Counted from the first letter of the stretch, positions 1-11,253 are shown. The stretch is DNA of 64,000 bases from Octopus vulgaris (GCA_951406725.2 OX597817.1:60760001-60824000), one strand, 5' to 3'. Notes: generated from the sequence alone by a model not told the origin. Translations and numbers: made by a program.

Positions 1-141
1 AAGTAGCATGCTTACCACCCACATGGGTTCCGGGTTCAATCCCACTGCGTGGCACCTTGGGCAAATGTCTTCTACTATAGCTTCGGGCCAACTAAAGCCT
101 TGTGAGTGGATTTGCCAGACAGAAAGTTAAAGAAGCGCGTC

Positions 142-142
<1 letters not shown>
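1..142 (+). mobile_element. SINE family A, 5' tRNA-derived head (truncated by window edge)
   Basis: Matches the heads of full copies at 24793 and 39592 (ggttccgggttca[a/g]tcccactgcgtggcaccttgggcaa...aaagaagc.cgtcg), B-box-like ggttcaatcc, followed by (TA)n. Confidence 0.85.
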
Positions 143-178
<36 letters not shown>

Positions 179-179
179 T

Positions 180-847
180 ATATTTAATTAGAGACAAAAC
201 CACTATTATGCAAATCAAACAAAGAAAGACTTAAGCCAATACATAAATTATTTATATAAATTTAGAAATTTAACAATTATAAATAACCACTACGATCGTT
301 TCATGTCTTATTTCAGCACATCTTTGAGACATTCTTCAGGTGGTTTAAAGCCTAAAATATAATCAAATTTTTAAGATATAAATAATCTATATAATCTAAA
401 TAAATAATTACTTATAATAAACTCTATTATTAAATATGATTATATCGAAATCGACTATAATGTTAAATATTAACTTTAATTTATAAGGTAGAAAATCCAT
501 ATCCTAATATCCATTTTAGTCTATATCTACTTATATAGATATTTGAAATGACTAATATATATAAATTATCAATGAAAATATATATAAATATTATAATCAA
601 GATCTAAAATAATCTCTATAAACGATTGTATATAATGAAAACCTAATATATTTAATTTCTCATATTTAAAGATGAAATAGCTAATTTCAAAATACAAAAA
701 ATATATATACACATGCTCATGCTCATATATACATTTATGTATATAAACATATCTAAATACGTACACAAATATAATATTTTACTATAAAATTGGATTCAAT
801 CCTAAATCTGATTTTTCCCTGTAAATTTGGATTTATTCCCTAATATT

Positions 848-850
<3 letters not shown>
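180..850 (-). mobile_element. AT-rich Penelope-like/retrozyme remnant carrying the 285-345 hammerhead
   Basis: Non-microsatellite block bounded by (TA)n on both sides and containing a hammerhead; no recognisable ORF. Confidence 0.5.
285..345 (-). ncRNA. Type I hammerhead ribozyme motif (canonical core)
   Basis: Minus strand: aaccac CTGAAGA atgtct[18 nt]agacat GAAAC GATC GTA gtggtt. Stem I 6 bp, stem II 6 bp, palindromic stem III ACGATCGT, GUA cleavage triplet. Confidence 0.88.
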
Positions 851-907
<57 letters not shown>

Positions 908-963
908 TGTTTTCAATTTTCTATTTTTGCTATTTTCTATTTTCTCTACCTGTTTCTATTTTC

Positions 964-999
964 CTTTCTGTCGAAGAGCGTAGGATCGAAACGTTAGAG
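964..999 (+). ncRNA. Variant minimal hammerhead-like motif (core CUGUCGA) in short repeat family H1 (copy ~905-1090)
   Basis: cttt CTGTCGA a gagc gtag gatc GAAAC GTT agag; a second diverged copy lies at 1620-1654 within a homologous ~190-bp repeat. Confidence 0.55.
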
Positions 1000-1085
1000 A
1001 CTTTCTCACTTCCCAAGCGTTAAACTAATACATCTGTTTGTTGTTTACACACCCGTCTTCGTCTTTTGGTTTTTTCTTTTTTGTA

Positions 1086-1123
<38 letters not shown>

Positions 1124-1127
1124 ATAT

Positions 1128-1158
<31 letters not shown>

Positions 1159-1160
1159 TA

Positions 1161-1522
1161 TGCGTGGTGCCTAGGACTCCAAACCTGCCATCAAGATGTA
1201 GGACAAGATACTGTGATAGCCTGGGCTTCCGAGGCCCACAGCTCTTCAATATCCTCCCGAAGAACCTGAGAGACCTGCATGGGGTGGATACAGATGTCTT
1301 TAAAATGAAGCTGGATCTCTTCCTGTCAGGTGTCCCAGATGAACCAACTTCACGGCAGGAGGGGCAGATGAGGGCAGCTGCATCGAACTCTCTCATGCAC
1401 CAAATAGCAGTTGCTAGAAAGCCTCCATGAAGTGAAACCAAGTAGCAACACCAAATGGCGGTGCCCCAGCATGGCCACAGCTCATAAGCTGAAACTAGAA
1501 TCAATCAATCAATCAATCAATC
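1161..1522 (+). mobile_element. CR1/L2-group LINE 3' end (ORF2 C-terminus, 3' UTR, (TCAA)n tail)
   Basis: Translates to ...SLGFRGPQLFNILPKNLRD...VFKMKLDLFLSGVPDEP, typical of the CR1-group ORF2 C-terminus (P.LFN.LP, FK..LD.FL); ends in (tcaa)n; 5' truncated in (TA)n. Confidence 0.75.
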
Positions 1523-1549
1523 ATATATATATATATATATATATATATA

Positions 1550-1740
1550 CGTTTCTTAACTTTTTTGTACTTTCTGCTTTTACACATTCTTTATTGTCTC
1601 CTTGTTTCTTTCTCTGATCCTTTCTGTAGGAGAGCGTAGGCTCGAACGTTAAAGACTTTTTCATTTCCCGAATGTTAAACTAATATATCTGTTTGTTCTC
1701 TACGCCACCTGTCTTCGTCTTTTGCTTTTTGTGAATTTTC

Positions 1741-1745
<5 letters not shown>
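1550..1745 (+). mobile_element. Second copy of repeat family H1 with degenerate hammerhead (1620-1654)
   Basis: Homologous to 905-1090 (gagcgtaggctcg..cgttaaagactt...gttaaactaata.atctgtttgtt...tcttcgtctttt); core decayed to CTGTAGG / GAAC. Confidence 0.65.
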
Positions 1746-1815
<70 letters not shown>

Positions 1816-1819
1816 GCAT

Positions 1820-2035
1820 GTATGTGTTTGGTCTGCGTTTGTCCACCCCCCACCACCACCACCATCGCTTGACAACTGATGTTGGTGTGTTTATATCCCC
1901 GTAACTTAGCTGTTCGGCAAAAGAGACTGATAGAATAAACACTAGGCTTACAAAGAATAAGTCCTGTGGTCGATTTGCTCGACTAAAGGTGGTGCTCCGG
2001 CATGGACGCAGTCCAATGACTGAAACAAATGAAAG
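1820..2035 (+). mobile_element. SINE family A 3' half
   Basis: atcgcttgacaactgat...cttagctgttcggcaaaagagac...gtcgatttgctcgactaaagg...actgaaacaa matches the tails of 24793-25205 and 39592-40018. Confidence 0.85.
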
Positions 2036-2059
2036 AAAGTCTATATATATATATATATA

Positions 2060-2280
2060 ATTTTAATCCAAACGGGAAAACAAAAAAACAACAACAGTGG
2101 AACAATTACAGTATTATTATTAATAGGCGCTCAGGAAATATGGAAGCAGGAAGGTATGACGTTTCGAGCGGAGCTCTTCGTCGGAAACATAAAGAAGGAA
2201 GAGAGAGGAAAGAAAGATCCCAAAGCGGGCAACAGGAGATGGAGAAAAAAACGACTGGTGTTTACGAAGTACACATGGTG
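2060..2280 (-). mobile_element. Short repeat family H2 with minimal hammerhead at 2154-2188
   Basis: Minus strand: gttt CCGACGA a gagc tcc gctc GAAAC GTC atac; homologous copies at 35865-36025 and 61062-61270, each abutting (TA)n. Confidence 0.75.
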
Positions 2281-2739
2281 AAAGGCGGAAGTTTACGATA
2301 ACAAGAGCAAAGTAGGTTTTTAAAGCCAAAAGAGTGGAGACAGGGTTGGTAACGCAACAGATGTGTGTGTATGTGTGAGTGTGTGCGTGTGCGTGTGTGT
2401 ATGTGTGTGTGAGGCGAGATAAAAAAACAAAAAATATATGTATGTGTTAGTGTGTGCGTCTGTGTGTAGGCGTGTGAGGTAGGGCGAGACAGTAGTAGGC
2501 ATAGCAGACAGTGGTCAGTAGTAAGAAAATGAAGGAAGGAGGAAGGGAGGGAGGGGAAGGGTTGGGGGCGTATGTAGCGTGCCAGCGTGTGTTGAGTAGT
2601 AGTGTGTGTGTGTGTCCGGTGTCGTGGTAGTATTAATGGCGAGTAGATTGAATGTGTGTAAGAGTAATGTATATATTTAAGCAATGTGTGTGTGTGTGAG
2701 TGGGTGTGTATATGTGTGCGCGTGTGTATATATACAAAA

Positions 2740-2991
2740 TTAGAAAATGGAGAAACATACTTAAATCAATCAAACATCAACCATCAGATGATACCCAATC
2801 AATACTTTATTACACCATTACATAACAGCAAAGGCATTATACAAAATATATTGTAAATATAATTAGACAAGGAAATAGAAATATAAAATATAAAATATAA
2901 TATATAATTATATCATATATGACAGCTGTTTCGGCCGTAAGGACAAGGATATATGTTATCCCATGGTGGGTTGAATTTCCAACCCCTATCT

Positions 2992-2995
<4 letters not shown>
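2740..2995 (-). mobile_element. Penelope-like terminal fragment with the 3' half of a hammerhead
   Basis: Minus strand ggcc GAAAC AGCT GTC atat (2917-2936) with downstream aataaa; the CUGANGA half is absent (element truncated into (TA)n). Confidence 0.4.
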
Positions 2996-3034
<39 letters not shown>

Positions 3035-3047
3035 AATAAATATTAGG

Positions 3048-3129
<82 letters not shown>

Positions 3130-3383
3130 AGAGAGAGAGAAAGAGAGAGAGAAATTATGAGTAGAGGTTATGCAACCGTTTAAGCGATAAATGTGTCCAT
3201 AGGCACTGCTGGTGGATTACCTCACTTTGTATAGGCCTTGCTATAAGGTTAACAGTAGTTTGTAAATTAAATGGTAAACCGTGCTTTAATATATTCAGAT
3301 AAGAAAAAGAAATGTAGCAACAATTAATAATTAGAAGTTGATCACTGGTATTAAATAGTCATAGTTTAATTGTAGTTAAAAAA

Positions 3384-3446
3384 CATTTACAGCTGTTTCA
3401 GTTTGTTAAGTCTATCGCGTTCCATGTAACAAACATCGTCAGAATG
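3384..3446 (-). ncRNA. Type I hammerhead ribozyme motif (canonical core)
   Basis: Minus strand: catt CTGACGA t gtttgtta[18 nt]taacaaac t GAAAC AGCT GTA aatg; 8-bp stem II above a U.U pair, palindromic ACAGCTGT. Confidence 0.85.
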
Positions 3447-3610
3447 ATTTGAACTTCCCCAGAGGAATATTGACAGGAGATCGAATGTTGACCGGAGAAA
3501 AAGGGAAAAAAGAAAAGGAAAAGAAAAAAGGAAAAGGTTCGTTAGGTCATTAGACTTACACTTTTGGGTCCTTAAAAGATGGCACGTGTGTGTACAGTTG
3601 TCTCTAATCT

Positions 3611-3688
<78 letters not shown>

Positions 3689-3689
<1 letters not shown>

Positions 3690-5022
3690 GCGCTTTTTGT
3701 GGAAAGGATGCGTCCCGATGGTCAGGCGATCCATTTGCTGTCAACACCCGTTAAAAGGAGGGCTGGGCATGCCATGGTTGATGATGCGCAGACACGCGCT
3801 GAGACTGCGACATCTCTGGCTCTATGTAGACGACGGTGAACAGGTGTGGTCGCCGTTTGTGAGGCACGCTTTCCCGCAGCTCGTCTCCATGACCGAACTG
3901 CAGTCGTGGATCAAAAAGAGGCCGAAGAAGGGCGAATGGCACCGCGAGTGTCGCGTTGCTCTCAAGCAACTCTGCCGTCCTGGGTCGACCTTGAGTGACT
4001 TCAACACAACCAAAGCATTCTATAGGGGTTTAGTGGAGGGGAGGTACGACGACGAGCTCGGGGCGAACCTGGACGTCGACGAGGAGTACCTGACCCGCCT
4101 GTTCAGGACGACTTTCGGGCCAGGGCCCATGGACAACTTCCAGAGATCCCTGGCCTGGCAGTGCTACCGAGAAGCGCTACCCGTTCGGGATAAGCTCTAC
4201 AGACACGGCTCGAGAAACACGGGGCCGACCTGCCCGAGATGCGGTCAGAGCGAAGAAACCGTTCTGCACGCACTCGTACAGTGTCCAACAATTTCCGACC
4301 TGTGGGCTTGTGTCGAACAACTGCTGTCACGTGTGGGACGAGTCGGTTTATCAGCTGAGTCTATCGTTAATATTGTCACGCCTCCCTCCTTCAAACGGGA
4401 AGGAAGAGCTATTTTCATCATCCTTGTGGCTATGGCGAAAGAATGTATCTGGTGGACGCGTCTGAAAGGATTGGAGACAAACACTTTCCTCTCTGGTCAA
4501 TCTCTCATCAACTTCTTCAAGTACCACTTGAAAAGGAAAGTGAGAGTAGAGAGGCAAGTTTTGTCTAGCGAATGTTTTAAAAAAAGATGGGTGAATGTAG
4601 CAAGAATGGCACGTATGAATGACGAAGCCACCTTGAGCATGATCCTATGAACCCATAAATTGAAAACAGAGAGTTGCTTATTTGCAAAAAAAAAAAAAAA
4701 AAAGAAATATAACATGTGACTCCATTGACCGAGGTTACCGTGGTCTTTTCCGTAGGCTTTTCTTTCCACGGGTAAACCTCACCTGTCCTCCCCTTTACAC
4801 TTCATATTGACATTTCTGTGATAACGATCCCTATTGATCAATTTTTTTTTCCTCTCCCCCTTTTTTTTTAACCCCCTTTTTTTTGTCCTCTTTCTCTCCT
4901 TTTACGATCCCTTTTGATCGAAACTCCCCCTTCCTTTTTTTTTTTTAAACCTTCAAAAGAAAAGCTCTACCTTGTAATTTGTTCTATCTGTGTGCAGCCC
5001 TGTGTGGCTAATAAAGAAACAT
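3689..5022 (+). mobile_element. 5'-truncated Tx1/L1-clade non-LTR retrotransposon (ORF2 C-terminus plus 3' UTR)
   Basis: Open frame to 4650: FLWKG...GGLGMP...LPVRDKL...CPRCGQSEETVLHALVQCP (CCHC zf-RVT motif of L1/Tx1); 3' end aataaagaaac; (CTAT)n on both sides. Confidence 0.85.
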
Positions 5023-5072
5023 ATCTATCTATCTATCGATCTATCTCTATTTATCTATCTATCAATCAATCA

Positions 5073-5112
<40 letters not shown>

Positions 5113-5169
5113 CTATTTATCATCTATCTATCTATCTATCTATCTATATATATATATATATCTATCTGC

Positions 5170-5229
<60 letters not shown>

Positions 5230-5283
5230 ATATCTATCTATCTATCTATCTAGCCATCTATCTATCTATCTATCTATCGATCG

Positions 5284-5318
<35 letters not shown>

Positions 5319-5320
5319 AA

Positions 5321-5364
<44 letters not shown>

Positions 5365-5369
5365 GATCA

Positions 5370-5404
<35 letters not shown>

Positions 5405-5405
5405 A

Positions 5406-5466
<61 letters not shown>

Positions 5467-5534
5467 CCTGTCTGTCTGTCTGTCTGTCTATATACATGTA
5501 TGATGTCTACGTATGTATGCACACGTATGTATAT

Positions 5535-5695
5535 GTGTTTGAATTTACACCGTCCCTGTCGTATTGAGACATTTGCCTTTACCCTTCATCCTTTCGAGGT
5601 CAATAAATTAAGTACCAGTTGCGTACTGGGGTCGATCTTATTGATTGCCCCATCAACTCCAAAAATTTCAGGCCTTGTGCCTAGAATAGAAAAGG
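5535..5695 (+). mobile_element. SINE family B 3' part
   Basis: cttcatcctttcgaggtcaataaattaagtaccagttgcgtactggggtcgat...ggccttgtgcctagaatagaaa matches 16985-17112. Confidence 0.75.
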
Positions 5696-6036
5696 TTTTC
5701 ATAAATGGCTATTGCTGATGCCTGCGACGTGTGCCTGCGACACTCTAATTCCTGCATTTGTTCTTCGCTCGTGTCGACACACGGCTTTAGCAATTCCTGT
5801 TCTCAGTTCTACTGAACGGTCACATCTGCGGTTGATACCAGATTTTATGAAGAAGAATTATCAAAGGATCAGCGATTCAAGGACGAAATAGTCCTTATTT
5901 GATTCGATGGGGAACCATCAGCGAAGCAAATAAGCATCTTATTAAATGTGTGTGTTGTGTTGTATAATAAGTTAAATAGCTTGATTGCAGATAAACAGAT
6001 AGATAGCCATAGATAAAGATAGAGAGACAGACAGAC

Positions 6037-6078
<42 letters not shown>

Positions 6079-6479
6079 GTAGGTAGGTAGGTAGGTAGGT
6101 AGGTAGGTAGGAAGGTAGATAGATAGATAAATAGATAGACGTAGATAGAAAGTTACATACATACGTACAGACATATATAAATAGGTGTATACATACGTAC
6201 ATACATGCCTTCATACATAAATACATACATACATACATACAGACAGACAGACAGACAGGCATAAACAGATCAAAGACATGGGACAAGAAATTACATACTA
6301 CGTATACAGCGTAAGGTTGATTTGGGAAATCATGGAAAGGTGCTGTCTGTGAATAGAGTAGTAGTAGTAGTAGTTGTTGTTGTTGTTGTTGTGGTGGTGG
6401 TGGTGGTGGTGTTGGTGGTGGTGTTGGTAGTGTTGTTGTTGTTGTTGGTGGTGGTGGCGGCAGTATGTTTTGTTGTTTT

Positions 6480-6708
6480 CGGCACAAGGCCACACATTTT
6501 GAAGGGCAGGCAATAGCTGATTGCAACGTTCCAAGTGGCACTACATATCGATCTTTCGATTATGAAAGACAACATTGATCGGGGACTGAGACAAGAGCAG
6601 GGGACCGTAAATGATTTCCGCAAGGCATTTCGTCCGATCCTCAAACGTTTCTGCAAATATACAGAAGGAAAATGAATATCCTCCTCCTCCTCCTCCTCCT
6701 CCTCCTCC

Positions 6709-6742
<34 letters not shown>

Positions 6743-6980
6743 TATCATCAACAGCAACAACAGTTTTTTTCTACTATACGCACAAGGCCTGAAATTTTGA
6801 GGCGGGGCAGCCAATTACATCGACCGCCGTACACAACTGGTATTTTATCGGACCTGAAATGACGAAAGCCAAAGTTGACTTAGATCGCATTTGAACGCAG
6901 AATGTTAAGAGTTGGAAAAAAATGTTGCTAAGTATCTTTTTCCCCATCGTTCTAATAATTCTTGCCCCTCGCTGCCTCGC
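6480..6980 (-). mobile_element. Two degenerate SINE family B copies separated by (CCT)n(CAT)n
   Basis: Both begin ggcacaaggcc/gcacaaggcctgaaatttt (reverse complement of the family B tail) and end in decayed head sequence. Confidence 0.55.
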
Positions 6981-7050
6981 CACTTCTGGTTTCTGATGGC
7001 TGTGATGAGGCTGATAATCAGAGACGCACATATGCATACATACATACATA

Positions 7051-7086
<36 letters not shown>

Positions 7087-7119
7087 GTATATATATATAT
7101 ATATATGTATATGTATAGA

Positions 7120-7171
<52 letters not shown>

Positions 7172-7332
7172 TATTACATTATATAAAAGGGCTTAGTAAA
7201 ATAAATTACTTTGCCGCATACTGAACTCATTAGAAATAGCAGCTAAAAAACTTTTTTAAAACTATTTCTAATGAGAAGCCGAAAGGGTATGCTCTCACTT
7301 TCAGTGTTTTCAAATCCAAACCAAGGAGTTTC

Positions 7333-7384
7333 TGAGCTGATGATAGAAGTGTCGTGTTGACTAATCTTGAAACGTACGTTCTCA
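7333..7384 (+). ncRNA. Type I hammerhead ribozyme motif (canonical core)
   Basis: tgag CTGATGA t aga...tct t GAAAC GTAC GTT ctca; palindrome AACGTACGTT, GUU triplet. Confidence 0.8.
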
Positions 7385-7892
7385 AATAACCTTTGCATTT
7401 GATTTTTTGATGTCTTTACCCCCAAACTTTCGTGAGTTGAGTTGAGCAAGCACTATATGAGAGAGGTTTTCTTTAAGTATTAGAAATAGTTTTAAAAAAG
7501 TTTTTTAGCTGCTATTTCTAATGAGTTCAGTATGCGGCAAAGTAATTTATTTTACTAAGCCCTTTTATATAATGTAATAATTTGAATTCGCCTTAAATGG
7601 TCCCTTTGCATACTGAACACTTGGTGAAATTGATTAAAAATTAATTAATTTTACCCTCAATTGTTGAAATTATAATTAATCTCCCTCTAATTAATGCTTC
7701 GGATTTTACCGAAATAAGCATAGTGTTTGCTGATTTTAACCCACGCTGGTGGAAAGGGGAGAACAGAAATTCTTCGCTTGCATATTTGAGTTTGTTGGCA
7801 CTGTTAGTTACGAGCAGATCTTCGAAAGCGATGAGAAGCCGAAAGGGTATGCTCTCACTTTCAGTGTTTTCAAATCCAAACCAAGGAGTTTC

Positions 7893-7944
7893 TGAGCTGA
7901 TGATAGAAGTGTCGTGTTGACTAATCTTGAGACGTACGTTCTCA
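7893..7944 (+). ncRNA. Hammerhead duplicate with A14G core substitution (predicted inactive)
   Basis: Identical to 7333-7384 except GAAAC>GAGAC at 7931. Confidence 0.78.
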
Positions 7945-8226
7945 AATAACCTTTGCATTTGATTTTTTGATGTCTTTACCCCCAAACTTTCGTGAGTTGA
8001 GTTCAGCAAGCACTATATGAGAGAGGTTTTCTTTAAGTATTAGAAATAGTTTTAAAAAAGTTTTTTAGCTGCTATTTCTAATGAGTTCAGTATGCGGCAA
8101 AGTAATTTATTTTACTAAGCCCTTTTATATAATGTAATAATTTGAATTCGCCTTAAATGGTCCCTTTGCATACTGAACACTTGGTGAAATTGATTAAAAA
8201 TTAATTAATTTTACCCTCAATTGTTG

Positions 8227-8290
<64 letters not shown>

Positions 8291-8427
8291 TATATATATA
8301 TTATATATATATACACACATACATACGCACACATATGTGAGCATGGAATATTGAATAAGAACTAGTGTAGTCGGTAGAAACCTTTCTGCGAATGAGAGAT
8401 GGGGGTAAGAAACGAAGAGAGGGAGAG

Positions 8428-8479
<52 letters not shown>

Positions 8480-9584
8480 CGGTGAATGTTGCTGAAGAAG
8501 GGAGTGGTGGGTGTGATCATGTCGACGATCCGCTTGCATGCACCGGTTGCTATTACTGTTCCTTACTGCACAGATCATTAACTCGGCAAACAACCCCAGA
8601 TTTGGAGCCCTTACTCTGCAGACACATTTATACAAGAATCTGTCTGTGCAAGTCACTTTACGCGCCGTCGTGCCTGGTGGCTGTGACCTCTTTTCATGAG
8701 ATCATTGTTGTGTTTAAACAGAAATGAAGAGAAATAACTCAGTGTGGCCATGGGTATGTATTTAGGAACATAGACAAGTACAGCCGTACTAAATACCATA
8801 CAACATAAATTCTTGATTTATTAAAATCATCTCTGCTTCTAGAAGATGTGTCATAATTACCAAATGGCTGTTAAGATAAGCTACGTGTGAAAAGGGGAGA
8901 TAATCACAAGATTTAGTTGTGGGTTGGTAGAGAGGACCACTGTAAGCCGCAGACTTCATGAGGCATAGGCTCCACAAAGGTGAATCTCTCTGTATATACG
9001 AAATAAAGCAGCTATTACTCGCGATTCAATACACAGCGTAAAGGCTCTGTCATTCGCTGGATAAAGATTGGGTCATTATTGGTGAAGCTATGGACATCGA
9101 AACTCATTCAACCTGCAGAAGGCATCACTAGGATAACAAGTCATTCATACATCTAATACGAACGAAGACTAGATTGAGGCCCCAAAATGGACAAAATTAC
9201 ATTTAAATTGTCGACTTCGAAAAGAGAAAACCGTGATTGATTTTGACGCTATATGGTCGTGTCCAAAAGTTAGAATTTTTATATTAAATAACCAAAATTA
9301 TATTCAATTTTCAATATATTAATACTTGGCCAAAAGATTGGAACATAGGTCTGGAAATTAGAATCTTTTATGTTAAATACCCAAATATACACGTTGTATA
9401 TATTTGAATCGAATTGAATTTGAGCAAAACAATTTTAATTTTCAAAAGAATGTTCCAAACTTTTGGTCACGACATTTTGAACTCAAATTGTAAAGAAACA
9501 GAATAACTATCACAAACCATTCTGTCTAATGACGTAACGATTCTGCTGCAGATATACATGCATGCAGACCTACATACATACATT

Positions 9585-10244
9585 ATGGCTGCCCCCTCGG
9601 TATCGAGTATGGCCATTGCACGAAGCTTAACTGTTACTGGTGCTGTAATCGAATGTGACTTTTTAGCCCAGCTAAAGATCTACAATGTCTTGTACAAAAT
9701 TAGCAACTAAAACCTTTACTGGTAATAGCCGGCTGTAGTTGTAACTGGGCTTCATGTACCTTTGCATGTCGTTTAAGTCCTCCTGCCGAATAACACTCTC
9801 TTCCACATGCCCGACACATATGATAAGTATGGTGTTTTACACCACCACCAGTGGCCAGGTTGCCACTCATCTGTCTCGTTTTATGACTACGAAGACGACT
9901 CATGAGTCCAGCTTTACTGAGGCAGGGTCTTGCACAGACATTGCATGTCAGAATCAAAGGAAGACCCTTCCCTTCTGGAAGTGTAACAGCGATGCCCTCT
10001 CGGTGTGAAAGTATAGAAGCTCTTGTGTTAAAGCAAAGGCTCATATGGAGTGGTCATCTGGTCAGAATGAAGGATTCAAGCTTCCTTAAGAGATGCTTCC
10101 ATCTCTCTTGACACATGGGAAGGCATAGCTATTGATCGTAGCAGGTGGAGAAGGACTGTGCATGAGAGGACAGCCACTTTTGAGAAATCCCGAGTTGTAC
10201 ATGAGAAAGTAAGGGGGGATGTCAGGAAGGGCATCGCTATTACA
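9585..10244 (-). mobile_element. RTE-clade LINE 3' end with inverted 5' segment
   Basis: Minus 9998->9585 encodes C2H2-like fingers (CNVCARPCLSKAGLMSRLRSH; CRACGRECYSAGGLKRHAKVH) and the 3' end; plus 9999-10244 encodes the preceding RTE part (SIEALVLKQRLIWSGHLVRM, TWEGIAIDRSRWR). Confidence 0.8.
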
Positions 10245-10299
10245 TACATATATACATATATACATACATACAAAGCAGCAACAGACAAAGTCGACAATA

Positions 10300-10710
10300 T
10301 TGGGAGCGAAGTGTTAAAAGAATATTAATGGAACTTAAATGTTAAAACATTCACAAAGCTAAACCAGATATTGTTGTGCGGGAGGACAGGAGAAAAAGAT
10401 ACGTTCTGTTGTGGAAATCAGCTGCCCTCTCGACGCTAATATGGTCAGAAATGTACAGGAAAAAAATGGACATTTTAGGACCATTGAAAAGGAGTTTGCA
10501 AATTCAGTACCCAGGATACACTTTCAGCTTCATACTATTACTATTACTGGAGCAACAGAATTCGTACCAACCCGTCTGGAGTAAAATATGGCTGAATTTT
10601 GGATCTTGGAGCGAGAATATAAATCCTTAATTCATACACTACAAATGATCACGATATCCGAGACAATAAATATCTTCAAGACTTTTCTAAAATCTAAAGG
10701 ACATTGAACA
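10300..10710 (+). mobile_element. Decayed restriction-like endonuclease end of an R2/NeSL/R4-type non-LTR element
   Basis: Frameshifted KPDIVV...VVEISCPLDAN...GPLKRSLQIQYP...TGAT, i.e. a PD..(D/E) REL motif. Confidence 0.6.
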
Positions 10711-11253
10711 AAACAAGATGCTGTTCTTCACAACCTTGCTACCAAGCAGGTGGCCAGTGAAGATTAGCCCTTAAATAAGAGATTAAATGCAAAGATATGT
10801 ACACACAGATTGACAGAGAGAAAGACATACACGTCAGCTGTCTGTAACAGAGAAATACTTCTTCAAATTCAATAACAAGACGTCTATGAAGATTTACATC
10901 GAAACCTGTAGCTCCTTTAGTTATAAGTTTGCTTTTATACCAATAATTACTGCCTCATTTTTTTAGGAAGTATTTAAATGAGAATTTTGGAAAAGTAGGA
11001 CTGTGAGACACAGAAAAAGATTAAAGGACTCGCACTCGACTAAGTCTCATTAAATCAGCAAAAAGTTCCAAACTTTCCTGATAATCAATATGCGATAATC
11101 TCTGTTGTTGTTAATCAAATTCTGGCGATGGAGCTTTGTTTCTTTGATATAAGTTAGGAACTAGAATTCTAGAAAGAATTCAAATAAATAATAGAAAGAA
11201 AAGACATATATGGATACAAACGTACATATATACACAAACCAGCATACACAGAG

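Larger units (their letters stand above)
7168..8230 (+). mobile_element. Non-coding Penelope pLTR/retrozyme-like element: 5' inverted segment plus 400-bp direct repeats
   Basis: 7271-7670 = 7831-8230 (two differences seen); 7168-7272 is the reverse complement of 7479-7583; (TA)n on both flanks; a hammerhead lies in each repeat. Confidence 0.85.

Noticed and set aside
3586-3688. N-terminus of the 354-aa ORF
   Set aside because: Read-through of (CTAT)n upstream of the truncated LINE; not a real start.
7641-8009. 122-aa minus-strand ORF in the duplicated element
   Set aside because: No recognisable domain, non-ATG start, antisense to the ribozyme.
9700-10044. C2H2 zinc-finger ORF as a host transcription factor
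   Set aside because: No TGEKP linkers; contiguous with RTE C-terminal sequence and 3' end.
10878-10918. ctatgaagatttacatcgaaacctgtag hammerhead-like string
   Set aside because: Core lacks G5 and stem I does not pair convincingly; at best a decayed copy.
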